From positions 124,001-188,000 of the forward strand of contig NGBS01001166.1 in NCBI GenBank assembly GCA_002245135.1: a stretch of DNA of 64,000 bases. Reading direction: 5' to 3'. The notes below the pieces were generated by a model, which saw nothing but the letters and a program-made list of their open reading frames with translations, did not search any database and was not told the origin of the DNA. The DNA is from Proteromonas lacertae (lineage: Eukaryota). Both the position numbers and the translations under genes were made by a program. Positions 14,738 to 25,238 of this stretch are shown one piece after another. Position 1 is the stretch's first letter. Every line of letters starts with the position of its first letter.

Positions 14738-15943
14738 ATGTCTGGTCTCCCAGAAGGTCACTTTTTGTTCACTAGTGAGAGTGTAAATGAAGGTCATCCA
14801 GGTATAATTTAAAACTAAGAGTTCAACTACTATATTTTAGATAAAATTTGTGATATTGTAAGTGATGCGATATTAGATGCTTGTTTAGCTCAAGATCCTA
14901 ACAGTAAAGTAGCTTGCGAGACCTGCACAAAGACGAAGATGATAATGGTGTTTGGTGAGATAACAACCAAAGCTACAGTGAACTATGAGAAAGTAGTTCG
15001 TGATGCGATAAAAGATATCGGTTATGACAGTGATGATAAGGGTTTAGACTATCAATCTGTGAATGTGATAGTAGCTATTGAAGAACAAAGTGTTGATATT
15101 GCTCAAGGAGTACATGTAGGTCGTGCTCCCGAAGAACAAGGTGCTGGTGATCAAGGTATAATGTTTGGTTATGCCACAAATGAAACAGAAGATTATATGC
15201 CAGCTACTGCTTATTATGCTAATAGATTAGGTTATAAACTAACCGAAGTTCGTAAGAATGGTACTCTTCCATGGGTTCGTCCAGATGGTAAAACTCAAGT
15301 AACAATGGAATATAAGAAAGAAGGCAACAAATTAATTCCTGTTCGTGTTCACACAATAGTAATCTCAACTCAACACAGTCCTGATGTTTCAAACGAAAAG
15401 ATTCATGAAGATTTAATGACTTATGTAATAAAGCCAATAATTCCAAGTGAATTATTAGATGATAAGACAATATATCATTTAAATCCAAGTGGTCGATTTA
15501 TAATAGGTGGTCCACATGGTGATGCTGGTTTAACAGGTCGTAAAATCATAGTTGATACTTATGGTGGTTGGGGCGCTCATGGAGGAGGTGCTTTCAGTGG
15601 TAAAGATCCAAGTAAAGTTGATCGAAGTGCTGCATATGCTGCTCGTTGGATTGCTAAGAGTTTAGTTCATGCTAATTTATGTGATCGTGTTTTAGTTCAA
15701 TTAAGTTATGCAATTGGTATAAATCATCCCTTATCAATTTATGTTGATACTTATGGAACTGGTAAGAAGAGTGATACTGAATTAATTGATATAATAAATA
15801 AGAATTTCGATTTACGTCCTGGTTGTATAATTCGTGATTTAGGATTAACAAGTGCTATATATCGTAAGACAGCTGCTTATGGTCATTTTGGTCGAAAAGA
15901 ACAAGCTTTCACTTGGGAAACTCCAAAAGATTTGAGTGTATAA
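14738..15943 (+). CDS. MAT: S-adenosylmethionine synthetase, copy 1 (intron 14802-14840)
   Basis: [23 protein letters not shown] after splicing the 39-nt intron; GAGDQG and GGGAFSGKD signatures. Confidence 0.98.
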
Positions 15944-16554
15944 GCTGTGAGTAATTTTAACATATTCTCAATATTTACATAAACATTGTATAGATAGACT
16001 AACCCTTTAATACTATAAAATAATATAAATTTGTTTTGTTTTTAAATAAAAATCAAAAGTTGAAATATAGTGAAGATGATGATGATATTATTAACAATGA
16101 TATATAGTTATATTTATTCAATCTGATGAAAAAGAAATAAATGAAAATATATTCGTTTCATTTATTTTAGAAATGTTAAAATAATGCTGTAGATGATGAT
16201 ATAACATCATCAATATTGAGATATGGTTGTAGAGAAATATGATGAAAAGAGGATGGTAAAAGTGTTAGATGTATGTGAAATGATATATATAGTAACGGTA
16301 GGCTCTGTGACTTAAACGGCTCTTCTTTCAAAATTTTATATAGGAAAAGTATACTTTTGTCCCAAAATGAAAATCTATTTTGCAACTTAAAGTTTCAAAA
16401 TAGAATTCAACTTCTATAAATGAATAAGTATACATTGAAGTAATTCTTGAACTCAAAAAGATAAACACTATAAAAACAAATTTATAATCAATATAATTCT
16501 ATAAATGGAATATATAATAATTTTAATTAATGATTGTTATTCTTTAAATCACTC

Positions 16555-17526
16555 TCATGTTAACCAAACATTTATAATATTTTCATCATACTCACCTCCT
16601 GGTTTGTTAGGAATTAAACAAATGTTATCTGGAGCAACAGTTACTTTAATCTGTTTCTGATCCAATTCATCTTGTACATTAAAGCCTTTGGTTAAAACAA
16701 GTGGTTTAACATCAGATCCTTCTAATAATAATATTGGCCTTTTATCATCACAACTATAATTTACACATACTTTTCCATTTTCTTTATAAGGAAATATAAC
16801 TACTCTAATCTTTGTTGTATCATGTTCAAAGAGAAATGCTTTATTAATAAACTCTTCCACAGCTTCAGTAATTATCTTTTTCCATTCTGGAATACCACCA
16901 TCACTATCTTTAACTGAAATCTTTCTTGGTCTTAATTTGTCGTCCTTATATGTCACACTACTAATTACAGTGTTGTCAATCTTTAAAGTGAAGTGATTAC
17001 CTTTGTCAAATGTTGAAGCATCATAAATATTACCAATTATATCTATCTTAAAATTTTTGTCTAACTGTAGCTTTCTGTATGTTCTATCCTTTGAATGATC
17101 GAATTTCCACTGTTTGATTTCACCAGGATTAGTATCATCTGTTGTCATCTTCTTTGAAGCTCTTTTAGCACCGCCATCATTTCTTTTCTGCTTCTTGATA
17201 GGTTGAATTACCTCATTGTCTTCACCTTGAGGTTCTGTTACTGGTCCATCTTCAGCATTGATATCTTCTCCTTGTAATTCTGTAGTTTCATTTGGAACAT
17301 CCATTTTACCTTTCACAATTCTTGCTTCAAATCCTTCTAATGGATGTATTTTCATTTGCTATTGTTGTTAAATGAGAATATAATGTAATACTTTAAATTT
17401 ATATACAACATCTTCATACTGCTGTTGCATTGTCTTTGTTTCTTCTTTCTTAGCAGCTGTTGCTATAGCTCTTTTCTTTGGTGGTAAAGCTGGAGGATTT
17501 GGATTTTCACTTAATGAAAGTTGCAT
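16555..17526 (-). CDS. Unknown ~307 aa protein, copy 1 (two exons)
   Basis: Exon 1 MQLSLSENPNPPALPPKKR..., a 48-nt GT-AG intron, then the 266 aa ORF; host-like AT-rich codons. Confidence 0.75.
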
Positions 17527-17952
17527 GTTAAAATATCTTGAAAACTACAAGAAAACTTGGAATGAAATTGGGACAATAATTAAAATTATTGTATGTCGTT
17601 TCACGAATCGTCACTAAATTTTGTTTTTTTATTTTAGTTTGGATTTTCTCTCTATATTTAGAGTTATATTTAATTCTATAGATTTTGTGGTTCTAGCAGT
17701 CTATGTCTCTAGAAGCAAAGAGACAAGATTATGAAATAAAGAGGAAGCACATATTAAGAAGTAATCAAGAAGAAGGCAACTATGTAGTATATATACGGAT
17801 ATCTACGAGATTGCTCCTACGGAGATTGCTGTTACAGAGGGATTCTTCCTAAAGGTACCATCTCCCAAAGGTGGAGTATTATTGATCAAAGGATCTTTTC
17901 GATCTAGGAGTAATTTTGTAAAGGCAATTTTCATTCCTTAAGTGTTTTCTAA

Positions 17953-18608
17953 ATGGCCTTTACAAGTGTTTATCACCAAGAGAGGTTGAAGTTGAAGTTT
18001 TTTAGCGACGATGATGACTTTGAAATAGCTTTTTAATGTAATTGAGGAAACGTGGGAACATGAAGCTAACAATTGTATACTTTTTACCAATTCTTAACTC
18101 CAGAATTTCCACTCTGTTCTCAACTACTCTGGAGTTCTTATAATTCACCATGCATCGTAATAATAATAATAATATTTTTGTAAGTGTTCTTTATGCATTT
18201 CAATGGCAAGTTCAACTCAGAGGATCGGTTCACCAGATCATTGACACCGACAAGAACTTCATCATCCAGCTCCTGAATGTTACCTTCCTACGATTCAACA
18301 ATGGAGAGCTCAAGTGCTGGAGGAACATCTCCGAGGAGCAGAAGAACCAGATGCTAATGATTGCCGAAAAGCAATGCAAGATCCAGGCAAAGTACAATGT
18401 TGCTTTACCAGCCTCTCCCGATAACGTTAAGCAAGTCTATGTTGTTGTAAGCAAAGTCACCCATAGATAAGAACTGCACTGATAAGGGATACTGTAAAAA
18501 TGAAATTGTCTTGTGGGTAAAGAACTATCAACTCACGATCAAGAGAAATCTTTACATCGATATCATCTATCCCAAGTATGAGGTGATCTCTCCGATCATC
18601 GTCCTTTA
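17953..18608 (+). pseudogene. Frameshifted viral-type ORFs in the left arm (mirror of about 24157-24812)
   Basis: MAFTSVYHQ... from 17953, then MASSTQR/HQIIDTDKNF...PIDKNC...YEVISP; C/G-ending codons like the island; broken by single-base indels. Confidence 0.5.
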
Positions 18609-19976
18609 GATGATGTTCACGATACCACTTTAATTGACAGTTGCTCCTCGGCCAGTGACCACGTAGAAGCGATGGAAGATGTTCTCGGTCTTGAGGGTGT
18701 CGGAGTACATTTCAAAGGTAAACTTAATATCTTGATCCATTCTCTTGCCTTGTCTATTTTGGAGATCGAATAAGCCAAAGTTACTAAAGTTGAGTACCTC
18801 GATGAACTTATCTTCCTCCTGAACGTAGTTGTACTGATCGTGCCAGCTACAGGCTAGCAAAGGCTTTATCATGTGGTAGTTATCATAGTCCTTGAGGTTA
18901 ACAAAGTCTGGGTTGTATTGGAAGTCATTGATAAGCCATCTGAACTTGGTACTTTGCTTATCTAGCTTCTGGATCTTGTCGTTCCCATCATAAGGACGAT
19001 AAGCAATGAACTTGATGTACTTACCGAGACTACTATTCAAGGTAAAGGTATATCGTAAGAAGTCCATGCCGGAGCTGCTAGTGACAGTGAAGCAATGGAA
19101 GTCATTGAAGTCAATTGTTTTGTTAAGGCAGTACTTGATCGTGTTGTCATTACAGGCTGGATCGTTGTTAATCTTCACGTAGAAGTAGAAGTTGTCTAGG
19201 CTTACTTTTACCTTGGGTTCTATCATCTTTGCTTTTACTGGATCGGTCATCTCCTTAGCTGTGCTATCCTTCATCTCATTGAACTTAGTACTCTTACTTT
19301 CCTTAGGGTTGTAGAAACCATCAGCCTTACCGGATCTCAAAGTGATGAATAGCTTCTCCGAGAAGAAGACATCTGTTGCTGAACTAAGTATTGTATTAAA
19401 GAGCTCTCCAAGGAAGATCTTTACAAGGTGTTGGTAATGCCCGTCCTTTAATTTTTCTACTTTAAACTCCTTGACTTCATAGTCCTCAGTGTCTTTGCTT
19501 TCCTCAGCATAGCAGCCATCAAAGTAAACCTTCTGATTATACTTATCAATATTCTTTCTTGCTACATGAACCATCATTTGCCGGAACAACTCATACTGAT
19601 GATCTGCATATAGTAACTGAACTCCATTGGAGTTGTAGACTTTGATCTCAGTCAAGTTGTATGAGTTGAATAACACGTAAGTATCGTAAAAGAACTTCCA
19701 ATCCCCTGCCTTATCAGTATTCTTACTATCAGGATCTATAGTCTTTCTATTGTTACCATAATAGTCAACGTAGAATTGGATGTAACTCTTGCTTAAGTTG
19801 CTGCAGTAATTACCAGGGAGTTCAAAGGTGATCTCAGGAGTCATGCATTGCTCTGGGCAGTCGACCTTAGGATAAGATTGAGTAGGAGTAAGCTTTATCG
19901 TCTGGTAGAGTGGATTCATGACTGGGATGATAGGAGCATGTTGTTGCTCCTTGGGGATGATCACTTGAGTTGACAT
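18606..19976 (-). CDS. Putative double-jelly-roll major capsid protein (PLV/Polinton/virophage type)
   Basis: 448 aa beta-rich ORF; N-terminal ITFELPG..NLSKSYIQF and central VKIFLGELFNTILS..TDVFF..KLFITL resemble PLV MCP motifs; lies next to a penton-like gene; TAA at 18630 is followed in frame by SGIVNII-stop. Confidence 0.75.
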
Positions 19977-20027
19977 TGCTTATAACTCCTTAGAATACAC
20001 AAAGGAAATGATTCAATGGAAAGGAAC

Positions 20028-20990
20028 TTAGAATAAGTCTACCTCGAAGTTGTAGTCATGCATCTTGAGGTCTAGCTGGAAGCCATCTTGTTGGGTAATG
20101 CTAACGATTACTTGACCTTCTGTGTAGTTACCTAATTGCTTTGCTCGGGAGATGAGATCGTTGTTGTTGAAGGCAATGTAAGGCTGGGTAAAATCCACGA
20201 TAGGGAAAGTTTCTAGGATCTTGGAGTCTTGATCTTGGTTCACCATTTCCATCCTGATGATTACAGAGTCTATCCAGATGATCGTAGGCTCTCCAGGTAA
20301 TGTTACTTCTGGATACTTGTAAGTCAATAGACCGGATGAAGTGTGTTGATGATCAGCTAGGATATATTGAGTATCTCCCATCCCGAGGAATCGATAAGCA
20401 ATCCCTGGAGACTTTAACTTGATAGAGCAGATGAAGGCTCCTGTGTATTCATTACCAGCGCTGTTGTTTACTTAAAGGCCGATGACATTGCTAGCTCCTG
20501 TAAAGGTTAAGTTGGTGGTGTAAATATGATGAGGATCAGAGGACGTGCAATTCTTCTTACTAAAGGCTGTTGATGGATCGAACATAAGGAGGTTGCTTCC
20601 TGTACTACTTGCTTCTAACTCTGGATGGACGGTCTTTATCACTTTGATAACTTCTCCTTGAGTGAGTTTCTCAAAGGGACTGTAGAACATCGCAAGGAGC
20701 TCATCACCACTATAGTCTCCTTTAGGGATCGTCATGTTGTAGTTGAACTCTACGTGTTCATACTTATCTCCTACAGTACGGATAGCGATCTGGAAGACAT
20801 AGGTCATCTGGTCATTGACTCCTTCTTGGACAACATAGAAGGAGTTGGGGATGCTAGCATACTTCAAGGCAATGTACTTGTAGATGTCCTTCCTTACATC
20901 GGTGGGGATAGCAATGATCAATTCATACTTGTTCTTCTGGGCAATTCTTCTAGCTGAGCTAATGCTAATCGTTCTTGTTTGGTTGGACAT
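20028..20990 (-). pseudogene. Putative minor capsid protein (penton, single jelly roll) split by one in-frame TAA at 20472-20474
   Basis: TISISSARR, IALKYASIPNSFY, TIPKGDYSGDEL, ILETFP and ITQQDGFQLDLKMHDYNFEV match the PLV/virophage penton pattern; ORFs 20472-21038 and 20028-20381 are in the same frame with an open 30-codon linker. Confidence 0.8.
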
Positions 20991-21045
20991 GTCCGAGAAA
21001 AATGAACTTAAGGAAAAGATTGAATAACGATTTACCATAAGTCTC

Positions 21046-21828
21046 TTACTTACGTCTTCGATAAAGCTTCCATAAGGGGATTCTTCTTCCTACCTTGCCA
21101 TATCCGAAGAGTCTTTTGACTGCTTGAAAGCCATTGTCCAGGGATGTTCCGAAGTTACCAAGGTTCTGAACTAACCCAGCAGCATTTCCAATCACTTGTT
21201 GTGGGTTGCTCCATAAGGTTCCTTTATTGTAAGCATCTCTGAGGTTAAGTAAGTTCCTTCCGAAGTCTGTAGTGGTTCCGACTGCTCCAATCGTGTTGTT
21301 GGTGATGTCCATGAAGCTCTGGTACATTGTCGGTCCAAAGGAAGTCTTGATCATCTCATCGGAGAAGTTCAAGAGGCCTTTGATCTCTGGGTTGTTGATA
21401 TAATTGAAGACTGCTCTGATAACATCACTGTTCGTAGCTACGGTGTTGGTAGCGTTCCTTAAGTTCTCGATGAAGCTGATTATACTTGTCCTGATCAATG
21501 GTTTCTGATCAGGAGCTGCGTACTTGTACTTCTCGATCATTGATTGTAAGTTGCTAAGAACGTTGTTGATCTGGGCAGTGTTCTGTTGATAGACTAGATG
21601 GGGATTGCTCATCCATTGATTTTGTTTAGCCTGCTGCTGTAAGCTAGGATGACTTACCGATGGATTACGATAGTAAGTTGATTGATTGGGATAGAGTGCT
21701 GAGAGGTTCCTTGAAGCTGGAGTGTTTATGTTACCAACAAAGTCTCGGTAGTTGTAGTAGTTGGCTTTACCGTACTGGTTAATCATGTTGGCCTTGTAAA
21801 GTTCTCTTGTTGGGGAGTTGTTTACCAT
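21046..21828 (-). CDS. N/Q-rich protein with Gly/Arg-rich C-terminus; candidate virion core protein (start may be 21786)
   Basis: Ends FGYGKVGRRIPLWKLYRRRK; directly upstream of the penton-like and MCP-like genes. Confidence 0.5.
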   Translation of the reverse strand: MVNNSPTRELYKANMINQYGKANYYNYRDFVGNINTPASRNLSALYPNQSTYYRNPSVSHPSLQQQAKQNQWMSNPHLVYQQNTAQINNVLSNLQSMIEKYKYAAPDQKPLIRTSIISFIENLRNATNTVATNSDVIRAVFNYINNPEIKGLLNFSDEMIKTSFGPTMYQSFMDITNNTIGAVGTTTDFGRNLLNLRDAYNKGTLWSNPQQVIGNAAGLVQNLGNFGTSLDNGFQAVKRLFGYGKVGRRIPLWKLYRRRK

Positions 21829-21855
21829 AGTACTTGATTGTATATTGCTGGGGGT

Positions 21856-22068
21856 TCAGTTCATCGATACTAGCTGCTGATTGTTACCTTCCATTACCTT
21901 GGCGTTGTTCTCCATCATCTTCACGGTCATTGCTGAGAGCTTCTTAACATCGGTGATGCCTTCAACCTTCTTATTGAACTCCTCCAACAATTGCTTCTTG
22001 ATGATCACCAGAGGATCATCACTTGTCTTTACCTTCTTGGGACTCTTGCTACTTGCCTTGCTTCTCAT
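21856..22068 (-). CDS. Small basic ORF of the viral island; probably frameshifted at its 3' end
   Basis: 70 aa ORF; an alternative frame continues AASIDELNPQQY...QHD-stop and overlaps ATG 21786. Confidence 0.45.
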   Translation of the reverse strand: MRSKASSKSPKKVKTSDDPLVIIKKQLLEEFNKKVEGITDVKKLSAMTVKMMENNAKVMEGNNQQLVSMN

Positions 22069-22094
22069 CGTCTTTACTAGAGAGAAATGGGCTA

Positions 22095-22289
22095 CTAGAG
22101 ATCGGAGGAGTCTACTTCATTGCCATGGACATTGATATCGACATCCTTGTAATGATCAGTGATTGCCTGGTAGTACTTCTTGTAAAGGTCAGAGTAGTGA
22201 CTGCTAGGAGTTGCTTTACATTGCTTCAATCTCTTGATGATCAGCTCCTTGAGCTTTGCCTTTTGCTTCTTGTTGAGTTTCTTAGTCAT
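22095..22289 (-). CDS. Small Lys-rich ORF of the viral island
   Basis: 64 aa ORF, same strand and codon style as its neighbours; preceded by a TTTTCCCTTAAGT motif. Confidence 0.5.
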   Translation of the reverse strand: MTKKLNKKQKAKLKELIIKRLKQCKATPSSHYSDLYKKYYQAITDHYKDVDINVHGNEVDSSDL

Positions 22290-22335
22290 AACAAGACTAT
22301 ACTTAAGGGAAAAGAATTACTGGGGATAGACATGC

Positions 22336-23450
22336 TTATGTTATCGCTTTAAGAGCTTTCTTCTTCTTCTTCATAGCACTGTTAAGTTCCTTGTCGAATT
22401 CTTCAACATCGTCTAAGTAGTTGTCTAAGCAGTAGGATGGATTGAGTCGGCTAGTTCATTGAAGACTGTATAGGAGTATGTAGTCTTGAGTGAGTCCATT
22501 ACCTTATTGATATCCTCAGAGGTAGGTTTCTTTGATTCATCATCATCATCAGCAGCAGCAGTAGTAGTAAGTAGTTGACTTAGTAAGGCCATTGTATTCT
22601 CATCATCATCATCGGAGCTTCCTCTGGCTCCTTGTTTCATCATCATCATCATCATTGTTAAAGGGTCAAGATCCTCGGAGGAGTCATTTACTTCATGGTC
22701 AGCTTCAATGCTCTTCATGATTGTAGTAACTACAAGGAAGCAAGGAGTTGATATCGCATCTATGATGGAGTCAGTTTTGTAAGCAACTCTCTTGCTCTTA
22801 CTCTTGGCCTTCTTGGGGATCAACGATCTTGCCATCCTTTGACTCATCAACTCATTGTTCTCCAAGGCAGTAAGATAGTCGCTAGCTACATTGTAAGCTC
22901 CTTGGAGTTCTGCATCCTTACCCATCATCGGATGCTTTGTGGTGTAATCTCTGAGCATTCCTCGGAGTTCATCTATCCTTTGATTCCTTCTTCACCAGAT
23001 AGCTCCTTGACGTTCTCTTGCTAGTGATTGTAAGTAAGCTTCATGAATGTCATTTAATCATCCTTGTCTACTCCATTGCCTTTGAAAAGTGCTCTTCGTC
23101 TATTAGCTAAGTTGAATCTCTTAAACTTGTTCATGATTGCTGCTGGAAAAAGAGATATTGCGAGTAACTTCTTATAAGTACATCCTCCCTGAGTTGTTTA
23201 CTCATAGTTTTTTACTTCCTGGATCTCGTTGTTATCATCCTCATCCTTGTCTTCATCTTTAGACTCCTTCTCTACCTCGATAACTTCCTCAAGGTGTTTT
23301 CTTAAGCTAGTAATCTCTTCATCAGTCATGTCTTCAATAAGCTCAGCATCTAGGTGTTCATCGTGTAAGTGATGACTACTTCGGTCTCTTTCTAACTCTG
23401 GTTGTTAAACTTCTTCAGTCTTGACATCTCTGGACAACTCACTTGATTGT
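22336..23450 (-). pseudogene. Degenerate acidic/coiled-coil viral ORF(s)
   Basis: One frame runs 23450 to ~22980 with TAR codons at 23405, 23198, 23054 and 23021, shifts in an A-run into the 177 aa ORF, then shifts again to ...DKELNSAMKKKKKALKAIT-stop. Confidence 0.55.
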
Positions 23451-24055
23451 TGTTGTTCCCCGTATGGCGGAACTCTATATTCCAGAATGATTCAATCAAA
23501 ACTAATATGATATTCATGATGTTCGGAGTTAGTTATTAACAAATATATAGTTAGTTTGTCATATGACCTACATCTGTGATATACTTTTTTATGAACTTCA
23601 TTATTATCAATATTAAACTAATTTTTGTATATTTTCTATTTTAATGTATCAGTAACTAATACAGTCTAAAATACATTATCTGATATGAATAGAATTCACT
23701 ATTTTTAATGTTAAGGCTGTCAAAAAAGAAAAAAGAAAAAATAAGTTCAAGCCTCACTCAAGCCTGCTCTTTAATTTCCTTTTTTATTACCTTAACATTA
23801 AAAATAGTGAATTCTATTCATATCAGATAATGTATTTTAGACTGTATTAGTCACTGATACATTAAAATAGAAAATATACAAAAATTAGTTTAATATTGAT
23901 AATAATGAAGTTCATAAAAAAGTGTATCACAGATGTAGGTCATATGACAAACTAACTATATATTTGTTAATAACTAACTCCGAACATCATGAATATCATA
24001 TTAGTTTTGATTGAATCATTCTGCAATATAGGGTTCCGCCATACGGGGAACAACA
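23451..24055. mobile_element. Non-autonomous fold-back element (MITE): 266-bp TIRs, 73-bp spacer, 5-bp TSD
   Basis: Arms 23451-23716 and 23790-24055 are reverse complements with about 4 mismatches; ends TGTTGTT...AACAACA; ATTGT at both 23446-23450 and 24056-24060; AT-rich within a GC-richer island. Confidence 0.93.
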
Positions 24056-25238
24056 ATTGTAACTCTGGCAATGCTGTTGATCATCAACATCCTTCACTTC
24101 TCTGAGATAGCTATCCTTGTAAGTTCATTAACAGTATGGAGAATAAATCCATCAATGCCTTAAGAATGATAGGAGAGATCACCTCATACTTGGGATAGAT
24201 GATATCGATGTAAAGATTTCTCTTGATCGTGAGTTGATAGTTCTTTACCCACAAGACAATTTCATTTTTACAGTATCCCTTATCAGTGCAGTTCTTATCT
24301 ATGGGTGACTTTGCTTACAACAACATAGACTTGCTTAACGTTATCGGGAGAGGCTGGTAAAGCAACATTGTACTTTGCCTGGATCTTGCATTGCTTTTCG
24401 GCAATCATTAGCATCTGGTTCTTCTGCTCCTCGGAGATGTTCCTCCAGCACTTGAGCTCTCCATTGTTGAATCGTAGGAAGGTAACATTCAGGAGCTGGA
24501 TGATGAAGTTCTTGTCGGTGTCAATGATCTGGTGAACCGATCCTCTGAGTTGAACTTGCCATTGAAATGCATAAAGAACACTTACAAAAATATTATTATT
24601 ATTATTACGATGCATGGTGAATTATAAGAACTCCAGAGTAGTTGAGAACAGAGTGGAAATTCTGGAGTTAAGAATTGGTAAAAAGTATACAATTGTTAGC
24701 TTCATGTTCCCACGTTTCCTCAATTACATTAAAAAGCTATTTCAAAGTCATCATCGTCGCTAAAAAACTTCAACTTCAACCTCTCTTGGTGATAAACACT
24801 TGTAAAGGCCATTTAGAAAACACTTAAGGAATGAAAATTGCCTTTACAAAATTACTCCTAGATCGAAAAGATCCTTTGATCAATAATACTCCACCTTTGG
24901 GAGATGGTACCTTTAGGAAGAATCCCTCTGTAACAGCAATCTCCGTAGGAGCAATCTCGTAGATATCCGTATATATACTACATAGTTGCCTTCTTCTTGA
25001 TTACTTCTTAATATGTGCTTCCTCTTTATTTCATAATCTTGTCTCTTTGCTTCTAGAGACATAGACTGCTAGAACCACAAAATCTATAGAATTAAATATA
25101 ACTCTAAATATAGAGAGAAAATCCAAACTAAAATAAAAAAACAAAATTTAGTGACGATTCGTGAAACGACATACAATAATTTTAATTATTGTCCCAATTT
25201 CATTCCAAGTTTTCTTGTAGTTTTCAAGATATTTTAAC

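Larger units (their letters stand above)
14539..18593 (+). repeat. Left arm of ~4.05 kb inverted repeat
   Basis: Reverse complement of 24172-28226; paired positions sum to 42765 at both ends and at every mirrored ORF; identical ORF translations. Confidence 0.98.
17700..25070 (-). mobile_element. Degenerate endogenous Polinton-like virus / virophage-type element (capsid module)
   Basis: GC shift (sampled lines about 37-47% vs about 30% or lower in host genes), no evident introns, tightly packed co-directional ORFs, MCP-like and penton-like genes; ends estimated from composition. Confidence 0.8.

Noticed and set aside
16176..16385. 69 aa ORF (mirror 26380-26589)
   Set aside because: Non-ATG start and no coding features; duplicated only because it lies in the repeat arm
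23451..24055. Hairpin as a solo LTR or structured ncRNA
   Set aside because: It has TG..CA ends, but the body is an inverted repeat with a TSD, which fits a TIR element; no recognisable RNA family
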